DNA of 64,000 nt, from the NCBI GenBank assembly GCA_017939155.1, contig JAGAZZ010000021.1, positions 40,204 through 104,203 of the forward strand, in the 5' to 3' direction. Source of the DNA: Alphaproteobacteria bacterium (GTDB lineage: Bacteria > Pseudomonadota > Alphaproteobacteria > RF32 > CAG-239). Below the pieces are notes generated by a model. It had not been told where the DNA came from and did no database searches. It was given only the letters and a program-made list of their open reading frames with translations. The translations under genes were made by a program, and so were the position numbers. Positions 52,120-61,599 of the stretch are shown here, piece by piece (within the stretch, counting starts at the first letter, position 1; every line of letters begins with the position of its first letter).

Positions 52120-53443
52120 AACACTCATTGCCCTCATTTATTCTATGTTCATTTTTGCCATCAACGGTCTTTCAACGCCGTATAAAGCTTATCGGGGCAA
52201 TATTTATGCCATAGTTGCAATGTCAATTGCAATTCTTTGGGGATTATTTGAACTTAACCCGCAATATCTTGTTCCTTCCATCATCGCATTAATCACCGGT
52301 GCGTTAACCGGCATAATCGCCGCACATAAAATCAGTATGCCGAATTTGCCGCAAATGATAGCCTTATTAAACGGTTTGGGCGGACTTGCCGCTGGTTTAA
52401 TCGGTTTAACGGAAACAACCAACACCGATTATCACCCTTTGCTTCTTTTATTTATCATCAGTATCGGTTTTATCACGTTCACCGGCTCAATTGCCGCTTT
52501 CCTAAAACTTGCCGGTATCCGCTTGTTTGCCGATAAAGACACGCTTCAAACAATCAGTTTAATCATCCTCATATTAACAATCATCAGCGGTTTTTATGCT
52601 TATCATAACGGCGGTGAATACCTATGGGGCTTTATTGCGTTGCTCTGCCTTTGGGGATTACTCTTTATATTGCCTGTCGGCGGTGCGGATATGCCGATTA
52701 TTATCTCAATCCTAAATTCTTTTTCCGGTTGGAGCACAGTTTTAGTCGGCTTCAGCCTAAACAACACTCTGCTCATAATTGTCGGCACGCTCATCGGCGC
52801 CAGCGGCACAATTTTATCTTATATTATGACCAAAGCGATGAACCGAAGTTTAAGAAAAATCATCTTCTCCCCGCCGCTTGCCATCACCGATGACATTCCT
52901 GATAAAAACAAAACTATTCATCAAGGCTCTCCCCAAGACGCCGCTTTTCTGATGGAAAACGCCAATAAGGTTATTATCGTCCCCGGATTCGGGATGGCCG
53001 CTGCCGGCGCACAACACGAACTTGCCAATATGGCAAAAATCTTAAAAACCAAATATAACGTTGAGGTCAAATTTGCTATTCATCCCGTTGCCGGAAGGTT
53101 ACCCGGACACATGAACGTTCTTCTAGCCGAAGCAGACATTAATCCCGATGATGTCTTTGAACTAAAAGACATTAATCAGGAATTTCAAACCGCAGACGTT
53201 GCCTATGTCATCGGCGCTAACGACACCACAAACCCGCTTGCCAAAGCCAAAACCGACAGCCCGATATATCAAATGCCGATTTTAGAGGTAGAACAAGCAA
53301 AAAAAGTCCTCTTCGTCAAGCGCTCTCTTGCCACCGGCTATTCAGGAATAGATAACCCCTTATTTTATGCCAACAATACCCTGATGCTCTTAGGCGATGC
53401 CAAAGAAGTCACCAAGCAAATTGTTGCCAATCTTGAGGAATAA
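52112..53443 (+). CDS. pntB: NAD(P) transhydrogenase beta subunit
   Basis: GGADMPIIISILNSFSG, AMNRS, IHPVAGRLPGHMNVLLAEA, GANDTTNP. Confidence 0.95.
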   Translation: MIKTLIALIYSMFIFAINGLSTPYKAYRGNIYAIVAMSIAILWGLFELNPQYLVPSIIALITGALTGIIAAHKISMPNLPQMIALLNGLGGLAAGLIGLTETTNTDYHPLLLLFIISIGFITFTGSIAAFLKLAGIRLFADKDTLQTISLIILILTIISGFYAYHNGGEYLWGFIALLCLWGLLFILPVGGADMPIIISILNSFSGWSTVLVGFSLNNTLLIIVGTLIGASGTILSYIMTKAMNRSLRKIIFSPPLAITDDIPDKNKTIHQGSPQDAAFLMENANKVIIVPGFGMAAAGAQHELANMAKILKTKYNVEVKFAIHPVAGRLPGHMNVLLAEADINPDDVFELKDINQEFQTADVAYVIGANDTTNPLAKAKTDSPIYQMPILEVEQAKKVLFVKRSLATGYSGIDNPLFYANNTLMLLGDAKEVTKQIVANLEE

Positions 53444-54040
53444 TTATTTTTTTGCCAAACAAGACATCCCTGCCAGATAGGTGTTAAACAACACTCTGAC
53501 CACATATTTCTTTTCCAAATGGGCAAACTCTTTTTCCGTCGTCAAAAACGAACTGAGCGCAAAAAGAGTGGCAAACAAAACCTCTCCTGAAACCAAACGC
53601 TCTTTTGCCGGTACTCGAACAAACAACTTGCGCAGATTATTTTCTAATAATTTGACAATCTTGATAATCTTTTTCAAATAAACCAAATCGTTTTTACCAA
53701 GCCCTTTCATAAAATGAAAATGATACAGCGCAAACCACACATTTTTATGCTCAAGCACATAATCGACAAACTTATTTAACAGGCTGTTCAAATTCTTATA
53801 AGCGTCTGACCCCAGTTCCGCACTTTTAAGCGCCAGCCACAACTCATCTAAAGTAAGGATATTCTCTTGTATAAACAATAAATCCAAACTCTTAAACTGG
53901 TTATAAATCGTCCCGACCGAATACCCCGAATAATCCGACAGTTTTCTTGCCGTTAAAAAATCCAACCCCTTATCAACCAAAAGCTCTCTTGCTTTAAAAA
54001 TAAGGTCTGCTCTGATGTCTTCTTTTGTTTTTGCGCTCAT
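53444..54040 (-). CDS. TetR/AcrR family regulator
   Basis: LTARKLSDYSGYSVGTIYNQF HTH. Confidence 0.88.
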   Translation of the reverse strand: MSAKTKEDIRADLIFKARELLVDKGLDFLTARKLSDYSGYSVGTIYNQFKSLDLLFIQENILTLDELWLALKSAELGSDAYKNLNSLLNKFVDYVLEHKNVWFALYHFHFMKGLGKNDLVYLKKIIKIVKLLENNLRKLFVRVPAKERLVSGEVLFATLFALSSFLTTEKEFAHLEKKYVVRVLFNTYLAGMSCLAKK

Positions 54041-54157
54041 TTGCAACACTCTTTTTATATTATTTTCCTTAAATTTAGAAAACTTTTGAACACTGTTCAA
54101 GTATTTTTTAACTATTTTCCGTTAAAAAGAAAAAAACGGATAAAAAAGGAAGCTGAT

Positions 54158-55525
54158 ATGAAAAAAATAGGTTTTTGTGCCATAGCCGGCAGCGGTATGA
54201 GTGCATTAGCGCAAGTCTTAAAACATCAAAATAATGACATCTACGGCTCAGACCGCAGTTTTGACCAAGGCAAAGAGCAAAAAAACAAACAAGCCCTTGA
54301 AAATATCGGTATTAAAATCTTTCCGCAAGACGGTTCTATGTTAGATAAAGATTTTTCCGTTCTGTACGCGTCAACGGCTGTCGAAGACACTATCCCTGAC
54401 ATCAAACGCGCCAAAGAACTTGGCATTCCCGTAAAACGTCGTTCGGATTTGTTAGCCGAAATTTTTGCTTCATACAAATATAACATTGCCGTCGGCGGTA
54501 CCAGCGGCAAATCAACCGTTACGGCAATGGTCGGCTATATTTTGGATAAAGCAGCGATGAACCCTTTGGTGATTAATGGCGCTCTTTTGAAAAACTATGA
54601 AGACAAAGCCGGCATCCCCAACATCATTTGGGGGAATGGCGAATATTGCGTGATTGAAGCAGACGAAAGCGATGGTTCAATTGAAAAATACACCCCTTAC
54701 ATATCCGTTGTAAACAATATCACACTTGACCACAAATCAATTGATGAACTAAAAGACCTGTTTGGTGATTTTATCAAAAGGGCAAAACACGGCGCCGTCA
54801 TAAACAAAGACTGTGAAAATAGCGCTGATTTATTAACTCTTCGTCCCAACACCATAACTTTTAGTATCAAAGATAGCTCCGCCGACTTTTACGCCGAAAA
54901 CATCACCGCCATCCCAAATGGCACAACTTATACCTTCCGTAACCAAACGTATTCATTAAATTTAATTGGCAAATTCAATGTCTTAAACGCCATGTGTGCT
55001 GTCGCCTGTTGTTCGCTTTTGGGAATTGATGCCAAAGTATCTTGTGAAATTCTGCAAACTTTTCTCGGCACAAAACGCCGACTTGAAGTCTTAGGCGTTG
55101 CCAACAATATCACGGTAATAGACGACTTTGCCCACAATCCGGATAAAGTAAACGCCTCAATGTCCGCCTTAAAGAGCTATTCCGGACGCTTGCTGATTAT
55201 GTTCCAACCGCACGGCTTTTCCCCAATGCGTTTAATGGGAAAAGAAATTATGGATTCGTTTATCCAATATATGTCATCTGATGATATTCTCTTAATTCCT
55301 GAAATCTATTTTGCCGGCGGCACCGTCAAACGAGATATTTCTTCCAAAGACCTCGTTAATTATGCCAGACGTCACAATACAAACGCACTCTTTTTTGAAA
55401 CAAGAGATACCTTAAAACAACACCTTTTAGACATTGCCCGCGCAGGCGACCGTATCGTCTTAATGGGCGCCCGCGATAATTCCATTACCGATATGGGCTT
55501 AGAAATCTTGGAGAAATTAAAATGA
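54158..55525 (+). CDS. Mur ligase, MurC/Mpl family
   Basis: IAGSGMSALA, GTSGKST, EADESD, DDFAHNP; next to an LD-carboxypeptidase, consistent with Mpl-type recycling. Confidence 0.9.
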   Translation: MKKIGFCAIAGSGMSALAQVLKHQNNDIYGSDRSFDQGKEQKNKQALENIGIKIFPQDGSMLDKDFSVLYASTAVEDTIPDIKRAKELGIPVKRRSDLLAEIFASYKYNIAVGGTSGKSTVTAMVGYILDKAAMNPLVINGALLKNYEDKAGIPNIIWGNGEYCVIEADESDGSIEKYTPYISVVNNITLDHKSIDELKDLFGDFIKRAKHGAVINKDCENSADLLTLRPNTITFSIKDSSADFYAENITAIPNGTTYTFRNQTYSLNLIGKFNVLNAMCAVACCSLLGIDAKVSCEILQTFLGTKRRLEVLGVANNITVIDDFAHNPDKVNASMSALKSYSGRLLIMFQPHGFSPMRLMGKEIMDSFIQYMSSDDILLIPEIYFAGGTVKRDISSKDLVNYARRHNTNALFFETRDTLKQHLLDIARAGDRIVLMGARDNSITDMGLEILEKLK

Positions 55526-56409
55526 GTTTCATAAAAGCAGGCGATAAAATAGGCATAATTGCCCCCTCCGTCGGATTAAAAGAAAAAGATTTAGCCCCAA
55601 CACTCGCCTTTTTTAAAAAACTGAATCTAATCCCCATATTAGCCTCAAACCTTAACAGCCACTATCGCTATATGGCAGGAACAGACAAAGAGCGTGCCTT
55701 AAACATAAACCAAATGTTTGAAGACTCCTCAATAAAAGCTCTTTTCTGTCTGCGTGGAGGAGCCGGCGCTACCCGTATGCTTGATTATTTGGATTATGAA
55801 ATCATCAAAAACAACTTAAAACCCGTCATTGGGCTAAGCGATTCAACAGCCCTGCAAAATGCGCTATACACTAAAACTAAAAACCCTTCTCTAACCGGTT
55901 TTTTACCCCTTTATGACCTAAACGATAAAATAATTGCCCCGCAAACCGAAGCTTCCTTGCTTTCCGCTTTGTTTGAAAACAATCATTTAATAACTTCAGG
56001 AACAAGTCTGCACGAAGGAACCGCCGAAGGTGTAATCATCGGTGGCTGTTTAAGCGTCTTACTCTATTTATGTGGCACGCCCTATTTTCCTGATTTATCC
56101 GGCAAAATCCTCCTGCTTGAAGATACTGATGAAAAAACCTACAAAATAGACTTAATGCTTAACCAATTAAAACAACAAAAAGGCTTTAATTCCCTAAAAG
56201 GCATCATCATCGGGCAATTTACCGACTGTCCGGTAGTTGACCCCGAAGACGGTACAATCAATGACTGCATTAAAGATTTTACCCAAAATTTAAATATCCC
56301 CGTCATCACCGATTTTGCTTATGGACACATTCCCGCACGCCATATTCTGCCCATAGGTCTTACGGTTAAAATATCGGCAACCCCTGAAACTTGCACTATA
56401 AGTTGGTAA
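55522..56409 (+). CDS. ldcA: LD-carboxypeptidase (S66)
   Basis: LRGGAG, GLSDST, LLEDT, GH. Confidence 0.9.
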   Translation: MSFIKAGDKIGIIAPSVGLKEKDLAPTLAFFKKLNLIPILASNLNSHYRYMAGTDKERALNINQMFEDSSIKALFCLRGGAGATRMLDYLDYEIIKNNLKPVIGLSDSTALQNALYTKTKNPSLTGFLPLYDLNDKIIAPQTEASLLSALFENNHLITSGTSLHEGTAEGVIIGGCLSVLLYLCGTPYFPDLSGKILLLEDTDEKTYKIDLMLNQLKQQKGFNSLKGIIIGQFTDCPVVDPEDGTINDCIKDFTQNLNIPVITDFAYGHIPARHILPIGLTVKISATPETCTISW

Positions 56410-57055
56410 AATAACGCAATCCGAGTTTATAAACGACAGCGCCGTATTTCATAACCCCCTCCCAACCGCCGTTATTAAACGCCGCCACCGCCGAGCAAAC
56501 AAACAAATTAGCCCCCGGCAAAAACATCCAACAAAAAGGAAAACCGACTTCCTTAAAGTCCGGCTGTTGCCCGTGAATCTGCACAACCACTGCTTCTAAA
56601 TGATACGCAAAAAAATAGCCAAACAAACCGTTAACCCATAAGTTATGAGGGATTTTATCGCCCAAAAACGTTGCAAACAGCATTAAAAAGAACAAAAATA
56701 ACGGAAAAAAATATGGTCCGATAACAATCAGCCAGTTCCCTTTTCCCTTAAACCCCATCGCCCCGCCGGATTCATCAGGGTTTAAGTGAATATGCACCAC
56801 CTTATGAAAAGTAAGCCATGCAAAAAAGATATGCGTAAACTCATGCGCCAAAATCTGCATAGAAACATTAGACCTCGCCATCGCCAAAATCTTAATTGCC
56901 AAATACGCCAATCCGCCACCCAAAAAAGCAAAAAATTTCATATTATTAAATTGAAAATAATGCAACGCCTGCACCATCGCCGGCAGATAAAACAGCGAAC
57001 ACAACGCAACCGGCCACTTAAGCGCCCCTAAAATTAAATCAAAAATACGCCCCAT
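56396..57055 (-). CDS. M50-like membrane metallopeptidase
   Basis: HEFTH in a TM context, GPYFFP. Confidence 0.8.
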   Translation of the reverse strand: MGRIFDLILGALKWPVALCSLFYLPAMVQALHYFQFNNMKFFAFLGGGLAYLAIKILAMARSNVSMQILAHEFTHIFFAWLTFHKVVHIHLNPDESGGAMGFKGKGNWLIVIGPYFFPLFLFFLMLFATFLGDKIPHNLWVNGLFGYFFAYHLEAVVVQIHGQQPDFKEVGFPFCWMFLPGANLFVCSAVAAFNNGGWEGVMKYGAVVYKLGLRYFTNL

Positions 57056-57204
57056 TTTTCCCTCTTGAACAGAATTCTAAAACCTAAATTTAAATTTTCA
57101 AACAAAATTTTACCTCACACTGGAAAACCCCGCATTAAGGATTATATCAAAAGCACCTTTATTAAGAGGAGTATTTTTCAATGTTAATATTTTGGAGAAA
57201 AAAA

Positions 57205-57612
57205 ATGGTTGAATACAGAAACAATCGGACCCCCGAAACCGATAACCAAACAGAGAACGACTATAACAATCTCCGCGGTTGTGACTGTGAATGCTGTCAT
57301 TGCAAAAAAATTTTTATGTTGCTCGTTTTGCTAATCTTAGTATTTATGGCAGGCATTATGGTTGGCAATTGCGGTCGCTGCCGTTACGCTGACAATTATT
57401 ACAATAAACATTACGGATATAATTTTAATAATCCGCAGTTTGTAAAACAAAATCCGCAAGCCGCTCCTAAAAAATTTCACCGCGGTATGCAACAAGTTGC
57501 CCCCGCTCCGGCAGCTCCCACGCAAGACCCACGTAATTACCAACCCCAACCTCAACCCTTTCCCAACGGGCAATTGGGCGGATTTATTATAGAAGTAGAC
57601 CAAGCCGACTAA
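57205..57612 (+). CDS. Hypothetical single-pass membrane protein with Cys cluster
   Basis: CDCECCHC before the TM segment; Gln/Pro-rich tail; GGAG SD. Confidence 0.65.
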   Translation: MVEYRNNRTPETDNQTENDYNNLRGCDCECCHCKKIFMLLVLLILVFMAGIMVGNCGRCRYADNYYNKHYGYNFNNPQFVKQNPQAAPKKFHRGMQQVAPAPAAPTQDPRNYQPQPQPFPNGQLGGFIIEVDQAD

Positions 57613-57749
57613 GCTTTCTTATTTGTAACAAAAAAGGCAGATTACCCTAAAATCTGCCTTTTTTTCGTAAATCTATTGACAAAAAACATTTTTCTTCCTA
57701 CAAAATCCTCATAAAAAAATTATTATTAACAATTAAAATTCCTACAATT

Positions 57750-58961
57750 ATGAACGCAATGTACATCGGGTCTTTCGACCCATTCACATCAGGCCATTTA
57801 AATGTGGTATCTCGAGCTCTCGCTAAACATGTAATAACATTAAAAAACGGTCAATTTAAACCGACACAGTATCTGAAATATGACAAACTGATTATTTGTG
57901 TCGGCAAAAACGAAGCCAAAACACCGATGTTCAGCACTCAAGAACGCTTAGAGTTTATTGAGCTTGCAATCCAAGAGCTCCCGCGCGCAGAAGACATCAT
58001 CGTCATCTCCAGTGATGATTTGACTGTTAATATTGCCCGCCAGAACAACGTCAGCGCCCTCATCCGAGGCATACGCTCTGAGATGGATATGCAAAACGAA
58101 CTCTCGCTTGCTGAAACAAACCGCTTTCTTGCAGCAGAGCAAGGGTTTGAGTTAACAACAGATTTTTTTACACAAGAAGATGAGTTTAAAAAAACAATAT
58201 CTTCAAGTTTGGTGCGTAAACTTCTTAAAATGGAGCAATACACAGCCGCTTGCCGTTGTCTGCCGCTGGGTATCGCCCAAAAGGTCATCGCATCGCAACT
58301 GGAAGAAAGATTTTGTAAAGGCTTTACAAGTCCTTTTTTCTACTCAAAAGACAACTGTAACAAAATCATCAAAGCATATTTGGCAAGACCTTATCACAAT
58401 CTGTTGCATTTGGCCTATATGTTTGATATGCTTAAACTTTATCTCAAGCAATCTGACCCAAGGGAGCAACCCGACTGGCTGGAATCGTTAGAAATAGCAA
58501 TTTTATTACACGACTATGTCTATGAAACGGCTCAACCTGAGGCCGAGCCTTATTACAACGAAACCGCTTCGGTCGGTTTTGTAACAAGTATGACAAAAGA
58601 GTTTATGTGTTATCGTCATCTAAACTTGCCATTAATTTCATCGTTGATTATGGCAACAACACATGATGACGCCTATCTTGCCAAGACCCCCGAGGCAGAA
58701 GAGCCCTGTCAGGTCATAGCCGACCTTGATTTGAGCATTCTCGGCACGGCAGATTCCGCAAGTTGGAAAAATTACACCGCCGGCATTCGTAAAGAATACG
58801 CCGCTTATTCTGATGAAAAATACACTAAAGGACGCCTTGCGTTCTTAAGTTCACTCCTTCAAAAAGAGCAGATTTTTCACACTAAATTCTTTAACAAAAT
58901 GCTTGAAAAGCAAGCTCGCGAAAACATCAAAAATGAAATCGCACGCCTGCAACAAGGCTAA
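57750..58961 (+). CDS. CoaD-like adenylyltransferase fused to an HD phosphohydrolase
   Basis: GSFDPFTSGH, IRGIR, ISSSLVR; C-terminal YHNLLH, LLHDYVY, DLDLSILG, IRKEY. Confidence 0.85.
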   Translation: MNAMYIGSFDPFTSGHLNVVSRALAKHVITLKNGQFKPTQYLKYDKLIICVGKNEAKTPMFSTQERLEFIELAIQELPRAEDIIVISSDDLTVNIARQNNVSALIRGIRSEMDMQNELSLAETNRFLAAEQGFELTTDFFTQEDEFKKTISSSLVRKLLKMEQYTAACRCLPLGIAQKVIASQLEERFCKGFTSPFFYSKDNCNKIIKAYLARPYHNLLHLAYMFDMLKLYLKQSDPREQPDWLESLEIAILLHDYVYETAQPEAEPYYNETASVGFVTSMTKEFMCYRHLNLPLISSLIMATTHDDAYLAKTPEAEEPCQVIADLDLSILGTADSASWKNYTAGIRKEYAAYSDEKYTKGRLAFLSSLLQKEQIFHTKFFNKMLEKQARENIKNEIARLQQG

Positions 58962-59129
58962 GCCTAATCTTAAAGCCGCCCCACCAAGGAGCGGCTTTTA
59001 TTATACAAAAAAACCACGCAGTAGACGCATAGCTAGCTTTTTTACTGATTTTCTAATTGACAAAAACGATTCTTCTTCTATACTTTTTTCAACAAAAAAT
59101 TATTGTTTAATTATTAAATCTTTTAAATT

Positions 59130-59894
59130 ATGGAAAAACTAAAAAAACAACTTACCGGATTATCTCTGATAATCTGTGCCGTTTTCTTGCTTTCAAGCCT
59201 CTGCTCTTGTTCTAAAAAAACACAGCAGAAAATAGAAAACAACCGGCGTTTTAATGAACTGCTCAAAGAACTGTTCTCAAAGGGAGATTTGTCGGATAGT
59301 TTAAAAAAGGAAATTTATAAGAATATGCCCTATGAGGTTTTTCTTAAAAAAAATCCTTTAAAAAAAGAAACGAACCGATTAAAAAACCTCTCAGTAAAAG
59401 AAAAACAAAAAAACGACAGCCTATTCAAGTTCTTGTATTCCTCTCAAATCCTTGAGCTTCAGAAAGAACATGAAAAGTATCAAGATAAGTTTGAAATCTT
59501 GCGCATAAAGCGTATATGGCTAAACAGCAATGTAACACCATGGACTTATCAATCTTGGCTCGCTATTTCATACCACGCAACAGGACGGAGTAGTCACAGC
59601 ATATTCTCTACTGTAGGTTCATATTCCGGCACTATAACGCCTGATATGCGCGGCAACGCCGAATACGTTGGAGAATATAAACTTGATTATGTAAACGTTG
59701 TCTTTTCAGACAACAGTTTTAAGCAGTTCAAAATCAAAGACAATCCGGAATGGCTGTTGGCAAAAACCGGCGACAAAGTCAAAGTTTGCTACATCATCAG
59801 AGGTTATGACATCCCTACGGATGCCTGCCAAGTGTTAGAAAAAGGTGCGCACAATCTTATTGTCAGCACCAAGTATGTTCCACTATTTAAATAA
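59130..59894 (+). CDS. Hypothetical lipoprotein
   Basis: Lipobox LCSC-SKK; C-terminal region similar to the next gene. Confidence 0.75.
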   Translation: MEKLKKQLTGLSLIICAVFLLSSLCSCSKKTQQKIENNRRFNELLKELFSKGDLSDSLKKEIYKNMPYEVFLKKNPLKKETNRLKNLSVKEKQKNDSLFKFLYSSQILELQKEHEKYQDKFEILRIKRIWLNSNVTPWTYQSWLAISYHATGRSSHSIFSTVGSYSGTITPDMRGNAEYVGEYKLDYVNVVFSDNSFKQFKIKDNPEWLLAKTGDKVKVCYIIRGYDIPTDACQVLEKGAHNLIVSTKYVPLFK

Positions 59895-59900
59895 AAAATT

Positions 59901-60542
59901 ATGAAATTTAAGTTTATTATTTTAACCCTCATCGTCATATCGCTTTCTTTTTTGAGTTCATGTTCTAAGAATGAACCTACTGCAAAAATAGAAAAACTTG
60001 ACGAGAAAAAATGGCAAAAAGAAATCGCAGACTATTCGTTTGAAAAATTAAGACTCTCCTCTTTGCAAAAAACAAATGATTTTCTTGAACAAAGCAAAGA
60101 AATTCCGCTTTGTTATAAAGACAGCGTTAACAACATTGTCTACAAAAAAGAGATAGTTTACATCAAGCGTATGGCATCTTCTTCTGTCATGAACTCTCCG
60201 GCATTTTATAATAAAACCTTTTCAAGAAACACCATAAGAGAAAATGGACGGGGTGCTGAAAATGAGGATTTTGTTGTGATTTACCTAAGCGACGGAAAAA
60301 TCATTAAAGCCACTCCGACAAAAAATCCGGAATGGATGGGAGTCTTAATTGGTGAAAAAGTAATTAAAACAACCGGAAAAAAACTTCAGGCGACCTATAA
60401 AACAACTGAATATATTTCACCTGAAACCGATTGGCAGATTTATGCTCATAAAACTTTTTATATTGATAAGGATATACTAACAACGCTAAAAAGTCTTAAC
60501 TATGTTGATTACACCACTTATCAACCTCTATACCAAAAATAA
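59901..60542 (+). CDS. Hypothetical lipoprotein
   Basis: Lipobox LSSC-SKN; SD..K....NPEW....G.KV motif shared with the previous gene. Confidence 0.75.
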   Translation: MKFKFIILTLIVISLSFLSSCSKNEPTAKIEKLDEKKWQKEIADYSFEKLRLSSLQKTNDFLEQSKEIPLCYKDSVNNIVYKKEIVYIKRMASSSVMNSPAFYNKTFSRNTIRENGRGAENEDFVVIYLSDGKIIKATPTKNPEWMGVLIGEKVIKTTGKKLQATYKTTEYISPETDWQIYAHKTFYIDKDILTTLKSLNYVDYTTYQPLYQK

Positions 60543-60673
60543 GAAAAAGCTCTTGAACTCTTCCCCTTTGCGGGACAGTTTAAGAGCTTTTTTATTTTTA
60601 AATAAAAAACATATTGACAAAAAACTCATTTGGTGGTATTTATATTGTCAAGTTTTAACAACTGAGAGAAATA

Positions 60674-60733
60674 ATGTCTTTACAAATAAAACATCTTGCT
60701 CTGCGTTGCCGCAGGCTGACAATGCGACGATGA
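60674..60733 (+). CDS. Putative Arg-rich leader peptide MSLQIKHLALRCRRLTMRR
   Basis: GAGAG SD, ATG at 60674, TGA at 60731-60733; 5 Arg codons in the last 9; sits between a TTGACA promoter element and a terminator. Confidence 0.65.
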   Translation: MSLQIKHLALRCRRLTMRR

Positions 60734-60762
60734 TTATCTGACACCCCCAGATAAGCAGTCGC

Positions 60763-60791
60763 AAGATTTGAGCTCTCTCAAATCTTTTTTT
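60763..60791 (+). terminator. Attenuator terminator in the GNAT leader
   Basis: aagatttgag-ctct-ctcaaatctt plus T-run, ending 28 nt before the ATG at 60820. Confidence 0.75.
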
Positions 60792-60819
60792 ATAATCCCC
60801 ATTATAGGAACAGAGCAAA

Positions 60820-61599
60820 ATGAGCAAAAAACATTTAATCGTTAAAAAATTAAACAGCACAAACTTAAAAGACGTTATGTCTTTACAACAAAAAATCATC
60901 AACGGTCTTCATCCGGATGAACAGCATTTTATTTTACACAGAACCGAAGCTGATTATCTGAAATCTTTAAACGGCACAAGTTCAAATATGTTAGGTGTGT
61001 TTGACAACGGCGAACTGATTGCCCAAACTGTCTATGGCACCCCACAAAACGGCGAACCAAGAGATATGCCGGAATTTAAATCTGACACTCCAAACGAAAA
61101 TTTGGTCATTTTTGAAGCAATCTTGGTTGACCCAGCATACAGAGGCTCAAGCCTGATGAAGAGAATGCTTGAATATATTGAACAAAACGCCATTGATTCG
61201 GGCAGAACGCACTCCATCATTCAAATTGCCGTTGACAATCCCGCCAGTTGGATTAACGCCTTGCATTATGGTATGTCAATCACCAAAGTTGACCTGGACC
61301 CCTCAGACGGTGCCAAAGTTATCTATCTTGAAAAAAAGATTGAAAAAAACAAAACTCAGGCTCCTTTAATGCAAGACAATAATCAGGCATACAGTATGTA
61401 TTTAGGCGAGAATATTCATAAAAAAATTCCCTCATTGTTTATGAAAATGCAATACTTAATTGCCCAAGGTTATCAAGGCGTCAGCTTAAACAAAGAAACG
61501 CAAAGCCTTATATGGCAGAAAAAAAGTGAAGAAAAAACAAAAGTCCCCTATTTCAATCTGCTATTACAACAAAAAAAGGCAAAAATAGCTTCTTTATGA
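60820..61599 (+). CDS. GNAT-family acetyltransferase
   Basis: ILVDPAYRGSSLMKRML, DNPASWINALHYGM. Confidence 0.85.
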   Translation: MSKKHLIVKKLNSTNLKDVMSLQQKIINGLHPDEQHFILHRTEADYLKSLNGTSSNMLGVFDNGELIAQTVYGTPQNGEPRDMPEFKSDTPNENLVIFEAILVDPAYRGSSLMKRMLEYIEQNAIDSGRTHSIIQIAVDNPASWINALHYGMSITKVDLDPSDGAKVIYLEKKIEKNKTQAPLMQDNNQAYSMYLGENIHKKIPSLFMKMQYLIAQGYQGVSLNKETQSLIWQKKSEEKTKVPYFNLLLQQKKAKIASL

